Assembly: GCA_965202585.1 (NCBI GenBank)
Contig: OZ241831.1
Coordinates: 65,162,001 to 65,226,000, forward strand
Length of the DNA: 64,000 nucleotides
Origin: Thalia democratica
Lineage: Eukaryota
Direction of reading: 5' to 3'
Part shown: in pieces, positions 1 to 11,236 of the stretch
Layout of the letters: every line of letters starts with the position of its first letter
Numbering within the stretch: the first letter of the stretch is position 1
Translations under genes and position numbers: made by a program
Notes under the pieces: generated by a model
Told to the model about the DNA's origin: nothing
Database searches by the model: none
What the model saw: only the letters and a program-made list of their open reading frames with translations

Positions 1-92
1 GTAAAGATCAACAATCAAAACTGAAATGTATAACACAAAGAAGTATTGTTCATGATTACCTTAAGACAATAGCTGAATACAATTCCAGATAG
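1..92 (+). CDS. 3' end of a C2H2 zinc-finger family gene (conserved C-terminal tail only; gene starts before the window)
   Basis: Frame from base 3 reads [29 protein letters not shown]-stop (TAG 90-92), matching the tail of the downstream paralogs. The integrity of the rest cannot be seen. Confidence 0.75.
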   Translation, partial: KDQQSKLKCITQRSIVHDYLKTIAEYNSR

Positions 93-462
93 CTTTATTG
101 TTCTAAAATAATTTAGTTGTTTTTTGTTTTCCTAGTAAAACTTTTAAAGTTACTGACTAAGTTATTTTGTTTATTTAGGTAATGTTTCCTTATGCTCGAC
201 TTGAACTTTTTTTATAAAGTAATATTTATACTTAATATTTTGACTAAAAAAAAAAGTTTTTCAAATTAAAAAATTAAAATTGATAATTTTTTTTTTGAAG
301 AAAAAATAGAAAGTTTTTTCCCTTTTTAAGCTACTTAAAACTTTTAATCGTTTATTTTAATTTCTGTCACTAATTTTGACTAATTCGTGTACCTTAAAGT
401 CAACGTCAATCTCATTTTTTACATACTACTAAACATAATTTTTAGCTCTTTAGTTTAAAACC

Positions 463-1147
463 ATGGATAATTCTGGTTAAAATAAAAATAATATGGTTGT
501 TAAAAGTATTATTTTTGATGTTTTCAGGAAAACTTTCAAAACTAAATCCTACCTGAAAATTCACAAAAGAATACATAAGGAGAGAAACTATACAAATTAG
601 ATATTTGTGACAAATAAATTAAATTCAAAAGTAGCTTAACAAAACACATGTTGGTGCATAATAGTAGTAAAGAGTTACAATGTCATGTTTGTCATAAAAA
701 CTTTGCTTAAAAATCTAATTTAAATCGACATTTAGTTACTCACACCAAAGACAAACTTTTTAAATGTGATGTTTGTGAAAAAGGTTTACTCAAAAAAGTA
801 GTGTGAAGACACATATGTTAGTTCATACTCGTTTAAAAAAACATCATTGTGAAGTTTGTGAGAAAAAAATTACACAAAAAGGTAATTTAAAACAGCACAT
901 GTTGACTTTTTAGAAGAAGCCAATTAATTTATCACTTTAGAATTCATTAAAGAGAAAAACCTTATGGTCGTGCAGAATGTGACAAATGTTTACTGCTTGT
1001 TCAAATCGAGATAATCATATACATAAGTGTCATAAAACTTTAAGTAAGGATAAACAATCAAATTTGAAGTGTAAAATACAAAGAAGTATTGTTCATGATT
1101 ACCTTGAGACAATAGACAAATACAATTCTACGAATACCTATTGTTAG
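463..1147 (+). pseudogene. C2H2 zinc-finger pseudogene (N-terminal class A)
   Basis: ATG GAT AAT TCT GGT TAA: the Gln codon of paralogs is a stop at 478-480. There is a frameshift in the first TGEKP linker, further stops, loss of most of finger 6, and a recognisable tail ending TAG at 1147. Confidence 0.9.
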
Positions 1148-3839
1148 CACTTTGTTTTTTTTTTTTTTTTAATTTAGTTTATCGAAACATTTTTAACTAC
1201 TGAGTTTTTAGTTTTACACTGACCTATGACACTCTAACTTAATTTTATTATATTTGAGTAAGTTTATAGAATTTTAATAAGTTTACTTTAAAATTCATAC
1301 ATATATAGCCATTTAATGTTTTCATCGTTGTTGCTTTCATCTAAGGTTTTTATTTGAAACTCAAAAAAGATACTGAGAACACTATGAACTACTTTAAAAA
1401 ATTAATATGGTTTTTAAATTTGAAACATTTCCATTTTAAAATATTAGTTAACATGAATAAAATTTTAGATTAGTGCCAATTAAGAAATATTAAAATTTTC
1501 ATGTCTGTGTTGTAATAAAGTAGTTGAAATAATATGTAAGGTTTTGCAAAATATAAGAATAAAAACCGCAATAAGAAGAGAAAATATATTTAGGAGAAAC
1601 TTATATGCAAAATGATGTGCTAAATTCTATTTAATAAAACTCAGTTTTTTATTATTAAAAGTTATATAAGTGTTAGTGTGCGATGAATTTGTTTTTCCCA
1701 AAAAAAAAGAAGTAATTTAGTAACTAAGTAGTTAGAATTTAAACTTGATAAAAAAGTTTAAATATAAAGCATAGTTTACTTAAAATTGTTTTTCGTCTTT
1801 AAATAGTTATAACATTTTAATAATATCACAATCAAGTTTAAAATCTTGAAAAATTTGCAAAGAATTTGCTACACAAATAAGAATATCTTATTAAACAACG
1901 TAAAAAGTAAAAGGTACGCTAAAACTTTTAACGGTGCTTAACTTTTGCATGCTTCTAGTTTTAAAATAAAAGTTTGTTTGTAATGTTGCAAGTAAACATT
2001 CAAAAAAATGAAAAATTAGTCACAACTTATATTAAAAACGACCAATTTATTACAACCGTACATGAATAATAGTTATACTTAATATATTAAAGATAAATTA
2101 AATACGGATACTTTAAAATATTCTAGTTTATTGTGTATTTTTATTCCGTTTTTATTTTATAAAAAAAATTAAATTTTTTTACTCTAAATGAGTAAATTAA
2201 AAACAACACAGCATAATACAAATGATTAACAACCGATCAGAAATAAAGTTGTAATTAACTTACTAGAGATAAGTTTTAAAAACTTAAGTTAAGTTTTAGT
2301 TTTTGAAAAAAGGTTAAATACGTACATTGCTTGCACATTTTAAATATAATGCATAATTATAAAATAAATATGAGGAATTTTATGATAATAATATTAGTAA
2401 AACGTTTAGGTTCATGCCTTACATAAAAACAGTTTGGATTACGATTAAGCGTCGACTAGCTAAAATTGTCATAAATAATAGTGTTAAAAAAATTTTTAGT
2501 AAAGAACTTTTTTGTTTTGCGATAGTGACCGAAAATTGAGGGTCTTTGAAATTCACAATCGGGCATATCTGTATATATTATAAAAAATTAGAAAGTTGGT
2601 AAAAAAACACCGACTCTTGAAAACACTCAAAAAGTCGAGCCCTAATCCAATGGCATTTTTTTCGTAAGAGCAGCGTTTTCTAGAATAAAAAAAATGTTAG
2701 TTACATTTTAAGATAAGGAAAATAATTGGAGTTAACGCTTGGAAATTTTTAAAAAATTATAAAAAAATGTTATTCTTGTTATTCAAATTATTAAATTCTT
2801 CGATAATCAAAAATTGTTAACGCTCATACTTTAATCTATCATACAGATTGATAACACGTTTAGATTGACTGTTGTATAAAGTTAGTTTGTTTATTTAAAA
2901 AAATTTAAGCTAGATTTTATAAAATTTGTTTGCATGGTGACAAAATAGTTAGTAAACATCAGAAAAAATGTTTAAAGTGTAGAAATAAAGTAAAAATTCA
3001 GTGTACTAAAAATTGTCAAGTAAAACGATTTCTTATAAAGTTATAGATAATACTGTTAAAGAGACAAATATTTCTTTCTCAAGTATGCTTAAGCACTTAT
3101 AAGAAATAAAAAAAGTTTGTTTTTTAACTATTAATAAACTTGTTAATTACAGCCCCTTCTAATATTTGATTAAATATAAGTAGCCAATCAGAAATAAATA
3201 ACTACATAAAAAAAAGTAATTAAATTTTTTTTATAGACTGCTGTATTTTAGAGAAACGAGGATCAAGAAAGCTACTTTTACTTAAATAGTTTTTCGTTTA
3301 CTACAAAGTAATACAATTTATTTAACAGTAAACATATGTTTTATTTATTGTGACTACAAGTGTGCATATAAATTATTTTAATGTGCACAAAAAATTTAAT
3401 GATATGAAAAAATATATGTTCCATTATATTTATAGTACCAGATCCTATCAAAAAATATATTCAATTTATTATTTAATATTATTTTAATTAAGATGCACTA
3501 AAACACGGTTATAGCATTTATTAAAAAGTTATAAAAATTTTTCAAATACGGTTTTATACTTACAAATTTATAGAATTAGTGATCTTATAACTAAATAAAT
3601 GAGTATGTTTGTAAATCATCAAAATATATTCATGAATCATAGAATTAAACAATAAAGATATAAATTGTGTTATTGACCAAATAAAACATGTTAATTTTTT
3701 ATGGTTTTATCTGATAGGTTACAAACTTAAAATCTTTATGTTGATATTATGATACGTTATTAACTTATAGTAAACAGATTTGACAAATGTAGTATAAAGA
3801 TATCTACTTTTAGTTGTTATAAGGTTTTGTTTGCTAACT

Positions 3840-4571
3840 ATGGATAAAAATGGACCAACTGGGAGTTATTTAAATGCTAAATGTATTACTTGTGATGTTT
3901 GCAAGAAAAGTTTCAAATATAAGTCAAATTTTACAGTTCACAAAAGATTTCATACTGGTGAAAAACCCCATAAGTGTAAAAAATGTGAGAAAACTTTTGC
4001 TTGGAAAGGCAGTTTAACGAAACACATGTTGGTACATAGTGGTATAAAAGAATTTCAATGTATGGTTTGTTTAAAAAAAATTGCATATAAACATCACTTG
4101 AAAGAGCACATGGTTACTCATACTAAAGAAAAAGCATTTCAATGTGATTTGTGTGACAAATATTTTACACTAAAAAGTAATGTAAAAACACACATGTTAG
4201 TTCATACTGGCATAAAAGATTTTCAATGTGAAATTTGTCAGAAGAAGTTTTCTAAAAAATATAATTTGAAAAGTCATATATTGATTCACACCAAACTTAA
4301 ACATCATGAATGTGATATTTGCAGGAAGAAGTTTACTCTAAAAGGAAATTTAGTAAAACACTTTAGGATTCATTTAGGAGAAAAACCGTTTGGATGTGCA
4401 GAATGTGGAGAATGGTTTACTCAAAGTTCTAGTCGAAATACGCATATAAAAACTCACCATAAGGAGTTATGTAAAGTAAAACAATCAGAACTGAAGTGTA
4501 AAATTCAAAGAAGTATTGTTCATGACTACCTTAAGACAACAATATCTGAATACAATTCTGAATATCTTTAA
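3840..4571 (+). CDS. 7-finger C2H2 zinc-finger protein, N-terminal class B (MDKNGPTGSYLNAKC...), 243 aa
   Basis: Open frame with seven CxxC..HxxxH fingers, TGEKP/LGEKP linkers and the conserved tail. ATG at 3840 is preferred over the TTG at 3831 by alignment to the class B paralog start at 47146. Confidence 0.92.
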   Translation: MDKNGPTGSYLNAKCITCDVCKKSFKYKSNFTVHKRFHTGEKPHKCKKCEKTFAWKGSLTKHMLVHSGIKEFQCMVCLKKIAYKHHLKEHMVTHTKEKAFQCDLCDKYFTLKSNVKTHMLVHTGIKDFQCEICQKKFSKKYNLKSHILIHTKLKHHECDICRKKFTLKGNLVKHFRIHLGEKPFGCAECGEWFTQSSSRNTHIKTHHKELCKVKQSELKCKIQRSIVHDYLKTTISEYNSEYL

Positions 4572-7500
4572 TATTAGCGGTTATTTTTATATAAAACTAC
4601 TTTATAAAACTGAGAATATGTGCTAAATGATGTACAAATGAGTATCAAAAAAATCTTTATTTTAATCCACAATGATTTACTTTTGTGTTTATTTTTATAC
4701 GTTCAATGTTCTAGTTGCAAATTTCAAAATAAAAAAATTAAACCTCTAAATATTATTATTTTCTATATGTTTGTTTCTTTTTTTGAAAAAAATTAAAAGG
4801 AACGTACGATCTAAAAGCAGTAATTTTTGTGGTTTATTGAACAAAAAAAATACAAAAAAAGTTTTTGGGTCAATGATATCGATACGCAAAAAGACCACTC
4901 GGTCATCGAGTTGTATACCCATTTAATCAAAATTATAATGAGATAACTTAACAGTCAAAATCTAAAATCTCGATTATTGTATATTAAAATGAATAATACG
5001 AAGATGAAACTATTAAAATTAATTTTGTTCACATATATCTAACATTATATACACAAATAAAATATATTGAACTCTGCACCAAATGCGAAAATTTCTATCT
5101 GAAGTGTCTATTATTTTAAATTTATCAACGTTTTAGCAAACAATTTAACATTTTATATGAGTAAAATATGAGAAAAAAACATAAATAAAGTTGAATTTTT
5201 TCTTCAAAGTATGTTTATAATTTTAAACTTTTTACATATTTCAAATTATTAAAAAATATGCGAAAACAAATAAAGCTATAACACTAAAAAGAAAAAGAAA
5301 AAAAAAAAAACACATATAAAATAAAGCTGCAATATTCAAAATATAAAATAAAATAAAGCTGTTCCAAAAAGCAAAATTTTGCTTGAATTAGATAAAAAGT
5401 ATAATGAAATATATCATTTTTAATAAAAGTTATTAGTTCTTACAAACTTGAATAAAAGTCTAAATATAGGAGTTTAACTATACCAAAATGTAAATATTAA
5501 CAAACACAAAAAAGACTTAAATAGTAAATAAAATAAGATAAATAAATAAAATAAAAAACACTAATAATCATAAAATAAGTCAATTTTATAATAATTTTAA
5601 TTTTTAGCAGTGACATCAGCTCATGATTTAAGTATTTAACTTTTTTTTGTTTTCCAGCAAAAATATATTAAGATAATTTTAATTTTACTTGAGTAAGCTA
5701 AAGTGTAGACTAGGTAATAAAATTATTTATTAACACATTAACAAACTACAAATAGAAAAAAAAAAAGTATTACGACTTTCTACAAACTAGACTGGACCAA
5801 TGCTACCCAGTTAATATACTCAAAAAAATATAAATACCTACTCGGATGCAAAATGAATACAAATCTACTGTTTATAAATGAAACAAACATCTTATGAAAA
5901 CTCTATTAATTCAATTGATCATTTATTAAACTATACTTCAGTTCAACCTGAAATTTTCCAATATGACTTTGGTTTAATAATTTATTAGAAAGCCTGTCCA
6001 AAGTTTACTACCTTGATAAGATAGAAATTTGTGACCATTACTGATTTTAAATTATAGTAAGAAAAAATTGGTTTTTTTGAGGACGTTGTTGAATGGATAT
6101 GTAACTTATTTATATTTTCAAATTAACACTTATTATTTACTGGTAAAAAGTTATCTATAAATTAAAACAGAAAAACTCCTAAACTATATTTGAATAAATT
6201 TTTGACACTTAATATATTTTTGTTAATTTTATATTTATTTCACTCTTGTTATACTTTTTATAGTGAATGTACCTTAGTGCTTTATTTAAGATTTCATTAA
6301 CTATTCTTTTATTGGTTCTGCCCTAGCATAACAGACCGTACCTTATATGGCTCATTAAAAATAAATAAAAATAAAAGTATAAATATAATGTATAGAAATA
6401 TTTTTATCTTAATTTAATTTTTATTATTTCGTTCCGTTATTTTAATTAATCTTAAAAAAAAATTTAAGAAGTTTAGCTTATTTTTGGTGACAAACAAAAC
6501 TAAAACGAGTATTTTGAAAACGACTGTTTACGACTTTAGTAAATGAGAAAAATTCATAACTAGTTTCTTCGTTTTTAAAGTTATTGTAACCTTAATAACT
6601 TTTAAAGTTATTAATATATATTAAAAAAATTAGTCTAAATAATATGATTAAATAAAGCAAAGGCTTTTTTTCTAATTTGAAATTTTGAGTAGTTTATACT
6701 TTTCTTTTATAATGGTTTATTTTTTTAAGTTTTAGAAAAACTTAAAATTTATTTTTTTTTTTGGAATTTACACGCAAACACTACAATTAGAATTTTTTTG
6801 ATAAAACTATACTTGAAAAAAAAAAGAATTAATCAGACATTTTAAAATGGTGTAACACTATTCTTTATATTACTATTAAATTATATTTCTTATGATCTGA
6901 GTACCTAAGATAATGTTTTTTAATTGTAATTAAATGTAGTGTTATAAAAAAAAATATACGTTATTTAACTTCAATTATCTAAATATATTGTTTTAACTTC
7001 TTCCATAAATAGTTTATACTTGAAATGTTTAGAAGTATAAGTAAATTAAAGAAAAAAAATCATTTGGCTTATTTTGTTAAGAAAATATTGTTAGAATTTA
7101 TTAATTTCAAGCTTACACTTTAAAATAAAACTGAACAAATTGTAAGTTTAAAAGAATAACTAAAGGATTTAAAGTTATTTTTTGTAAAAAAAAAGAGTAA
7201 CAACTTTAAAAATATTAGTTTTTTCAAGGTACAATTAAGAAGCAATCTCTTCAGTAATTTACATTAAAATCTAAATAAAAATTATGAACCTTTTATCCTT
7301 TTATGCAAAAGAAACAAATTAGGTGATCAATGGCTGAACTATAATAAATACTAAGCAATCATTTATTAGAAATTAAATACAATTTAAGGTGACTAAATGA
7401 TTAGTTTAACTTATTACACTATATATACGATTCTCTTGTTTTTATGTTGACATAATTTCTAACTTAGCATTATCAAAAACATTACCGCAAGGATTAATGA

Positions 7501-9254
7501 CTGTATATCTATATATAGATAATTTGTTTGCTTATTGTTTATTGTTTATTAATTTCTCAGCTATTCTGGTTATTTTGAAGCGTTTGTCAGTAATAAAAAT
7601 GTAAAGCAAATATTAAATAAAATTAAATTACAATAAGAGGAAACAAAAAGGTTTTTTAAACTAAATAGAGACACTTTATAATCAATTCTCTTATTTTTTT
7701 GTTGATATAGTTTCTAACTTAAAATGATCTAAAACAATATCGCAATGATTAATTGTATTAAATCTATATTTTTACAATTGTTAGCACAAATTTATTAGTT
7801 ATTAAATGTTTATCTATTGAGGATCTATAGGCAGCAATAAAGGTATTTTTGTGATAATTTTATATTTCTCCGCACAAACTTAAACGTATACTCTTCGATC
7901 CTAACTTTTAAATGTCTAAAAGGATATCCGATGTAGTTTATTTCAAAGAAGTAATTAAATTTTATACTATACAGCTTTGTTTAGTTCTGGTATCTGTTCT
8001 TTTAACTGCACTTTTAATACTGCTTTCGAAACATTCTCGGATTTTCTTTATTTTACTTGGAAACTTTTTTATTTATTTTAAACACGGAATATATCTAATA
8101 TAAAATAGTTTCAAAACTAACGGGAATTTCTCAGATCTATTTGGGCTTCTATAGGTTATTATCATGTACAGAATAATACTATTATAAAGTTAAAAATATT
8201 TCAACAAAAAACGTGGTAGTTTGAATTTAAGTAACAAAAATTATCTTTAAAACCTAAATAAGCATGAAATAATTTATTTTAAATACAAATTTTTAATATA
8301 TTTTTAAACATAATTACGTATATAAATGTTTTATATGAGTACTTTAAAAGAAATCATCAGTTTTTGTAAAATATATGAATCAAAGTCGCAAAAAGTTAAA
8401 ATAACAAATATTTAAATGAAAATAGTATTTAAAAGATGTGCTAGAAACTGTTTTAATAAAACTCGGTTTTTTATAATCAAAAACTAAAATAAATTTTTGA
8501 TTTACGTAAATATATTTTCTTCATAAAAAAACATTTAAATAAATGTCATGATTTAGTAAAGCTGTATAATATAGTTAAGAAACAAAGCATAGATCACTTA
8601 AAAGTTTCCTATGACAGTAAGGCATCTACACTTATAACATTTATATGACATCATAAACAAGTTTAAAAATTTAAAAATATTGCACAATCAAATTTGCTAA
8701 AATAAGCGAGTATATCGTTTCTTTTAAAAATTCAATTTTTTTTTATTGCTCTTCATATTTTTTAGGGTCCAAACTTTTAAAAAGTCTGAACCTGTATTTG
8801 GCATAAACTTTTTTTTTTATCTAGCGTTATCTGTTTTCAGCAAAACTAATTTTCGGTTTTCAATATTCTGATTAAATAATTTGTCGTTTTATTGCAAGAA
8901 AAACATATTTAAAAATTTCCCTAGGTAGAATAATAAAAACCAGTTCTTCATCTTATTTTAAATTCAAAACATTAAGATTATTAATGAGAAGATAACATGT
9001 TTTATACAAGTTTATAATTAGTACACATAAGGGTTTCTATTTAGTAGTTTATTGTAGTTCGAACAAAAGTTAAATGGTTAAATCTAATTTAATTACTACG
9101 CTTATCTTAAATTTCATGTCTATAAAAGCATTTCAAAGGGTATAGTTTGAAAATACTTTTATTTCCTTCTAAAATGATAAACTGAAACATAGAAAGGCTT
9201 CTCAAATTGTGTAATATTGTTTCTATCGGACAATGATGGGTATCAGTGGGCGTT

Positions 9255-9611
9255 CATGGTTACCATAGACTTAGACAAACCAGGAATTTGACAATTTGGC
9301 TGAAAAACTCGGGATTTGTGAAATTTTGAAACATAACCTGGAACTATAAACAGTTTTTACATGTCAAAAACTGAAATTTTAGTTTGACACGAAAAATCTA
9401 TAATAAAGTTTAAAAAAATACTGTTGTCACAAAATATAAATAATCACATTTAAAGTAGCTTTACAGTATCATTTCAATGTCGTTATACAACTAAAAACAA
9501 TTTATAAACTTAACTTAAATTAAAAATAGACCTAAACACTTGTACTTTCAAAAATCTAAAGAAAGCTCAGACAACCTGAAAGAAATTTCTCAAAAACTAG
9601 TGTCTACCCTG
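9255..9611. mobile_element. ~350-bp MITE-like element with CAGGGTTGCCA-type termini (putative hAT non-autonomous)
   Basis: Ends are catggttacca and tgtctaccctg, and the subterminal gaaatttctcaaaaac is shared with the copy at 19656-20005. No clean TSD was found. Confidence 0.55.
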
Positions 9612-10507
9612 TTTATATTGACACTAACTAATTTTCTAAAAAAGTATCGTTTGGTTTAAACTACCACAAATTAAGATAACATATCTAAACAACACAGAAG
9701 TAAAAGTTTAGAAAAATATAATAATAATTAGTTTTGTTTAGTGAAAAACAATTGTAAGTAATTAAGAAGTGTTTTCTGTCCAGATTATTACTTCATATCT
9801 CATCAAATTTGTATAAATATTAGTTTACCTACGTAAGATAAAAGAAAAATTTTAACCTAAATAAAATAAATTAGTTAAGTATTTGAAAAAAAATGATCCG
9901 GACTATAATAGAATTTTTTTATAAGTAAACATAAAATTTTTTAATTTAATAAAAAAACAGCTTAAGTCCTGTATAATAAAAAGTTTTCAAGTAATTTTAA
10001 GAGTTATAATTGTTTCAGGGTAATTAGAAAATCATTTTAGGATTTAAAAACAAAATAATTTCAGAAATGTAAACTTTTTTAATAATAATTCCAACTAAAA
10101 TAAAGTTTTATGTACAGAGCTTTGGTTATATATTATTGCTTGTTTTTAATTTTAAATTTTATAGTTGATTTTGACTTTGTATTTGTATCTTTTAGTCAAC
10201 AGGCAATCGAATAAGTTGTATAAACAAATTAAAAATAACCAGTCTTTTTGTACAAGTTGTTATTTCGAAAACAGATAATATATTAAATCATTAATATCTT
10301 ATGATAAAATAGCTATTTTTAGCTTAAATTTATGAAATTAGACGAGCTGAAATGAAAACTTTTAAACTAGGCAAATTTTATTTGTTAAATAGTTTTTAGT
10401 GATAAATAGTTGTCATTAAACAAATAATTATTCATTAATTAAAATTAAATGCACCAACCTCTAGTTTTCACATTATTAGAAATATTTTTAGCACTTAAGT
10501 TAAAATT

Positions 10508-11236
10508 ATGGGTAATTTTGGTCAAGACAAAAGTACTAAAGTTGTTAAAAATGTTTCTTGTGATGTTTGCAAGAAAACTTTCAAAACTAAATCCTACCTG
10601 AAATATCACAAAAGAATACATACAGGAGAAAAGCCATACAGTTGTGATATTTGTGACAAAAAATTTATCATTAAAGGCCATTTAACAAGTCATATACTGG
10701 TACATAGTGGTAAGAAAGAGTTTCAATGTCATGTTTGTCATAAGACATTTGCAAAAGTATCTAATTTAAAACAACATTCATTTACTCACACAAAAGATAA
10801 ACTTTTCAAATGTGAAATATGTGACAAACGTTTTGCTCAAAAAAGTCATGTAAAAAAACATATGTTGGTTCATACTGAAATAAAAGAACATCAGTGTGAA
10901 GTTTGCAAAAATAAGTTCTTTTGGAAAAGTAATTTAAAACAACACATGTTAACTCATACTAAAATAAAAGCTCTTGAATGTGATATTTGCAAGAAAAAAT
11001 TCAGTCAGAAAAGTGGTTTAATTAAACATTTTAGAATTCACTTAGGAGAAAAACCGTTTGGATGTGCAGAATGTGGAAAATGGTTTACTCAAGCTTCTAA
11101 TCGTGATACGCATATAGGAACTCATCATAAGGAACTAAATAAAGAACAACAGTTAAAACTGAAGTGTAAAATACAAAGAAGCATTGTTCATGACTATCTT
11201 AAAACAATAGACAAATACAATTCTATTTATAGTTAA
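10508..11236 (+). CDS. 7-finger C2H2 zinc-finger protein, class A, 242 aa
   Basis: Intact ORF, all 7 fingers with complete zinc ligands, conserved tail. Confidence 0.93.
   Translation: MGNFGQDKSTKVVKNVSCDVCKKTFKTKSYLKYHKRIHTGEKPYSCDICDKKFIIKGHLTSHILVHSGKKEFQCHVCHKTFAKVSNLKQHSFTHTKDKLFKCEICDKRFAQKSHVKKHMLVHTEIKEHQCEVCKNKFFWKSNLKQHMLTHTKIKALECDICKKKFSQKSGLIKHFRIHLGEKPFGCAECGKWFTQASNRDTHIGTHHKELNKEQQLKLKCKIQRSIVHDYLKTIDKYNSIYS

Noticed and set aside
2446-2644. Possible small MITE (taagcgtcgact ... agtcgagcccta)
   Set aside because: Only 9/12 terminal match and no target-site duplication.
5760-6050. Possible second LINE endonuclease remnant on the + strand (PTR, SIDHL, ICDHY-like words)
   Set aside because: Motif spacing and frames do not fit well, and it is too degenerate to support without a profile search.
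7912-8103. 63-aa hydrophobic ORF inside a conserved spacer block
   Set aside because: I saw no equivalent open frame in the homologous blocks at ~12860, ~24370 and ~38600, and none is listed in the ORF track. The F/L/I-rich composition is expected from AT-rich DNA.
10445-10681. Minus-strand ORFs overlapping ZF 5' ends (also 21755-21994, 31120-31311, 47103-47309, 51330-51536)
   Set aside because: Antisense shadows of the C2H2 codon pattern. Start, stop and length are not conserved between paralogs.
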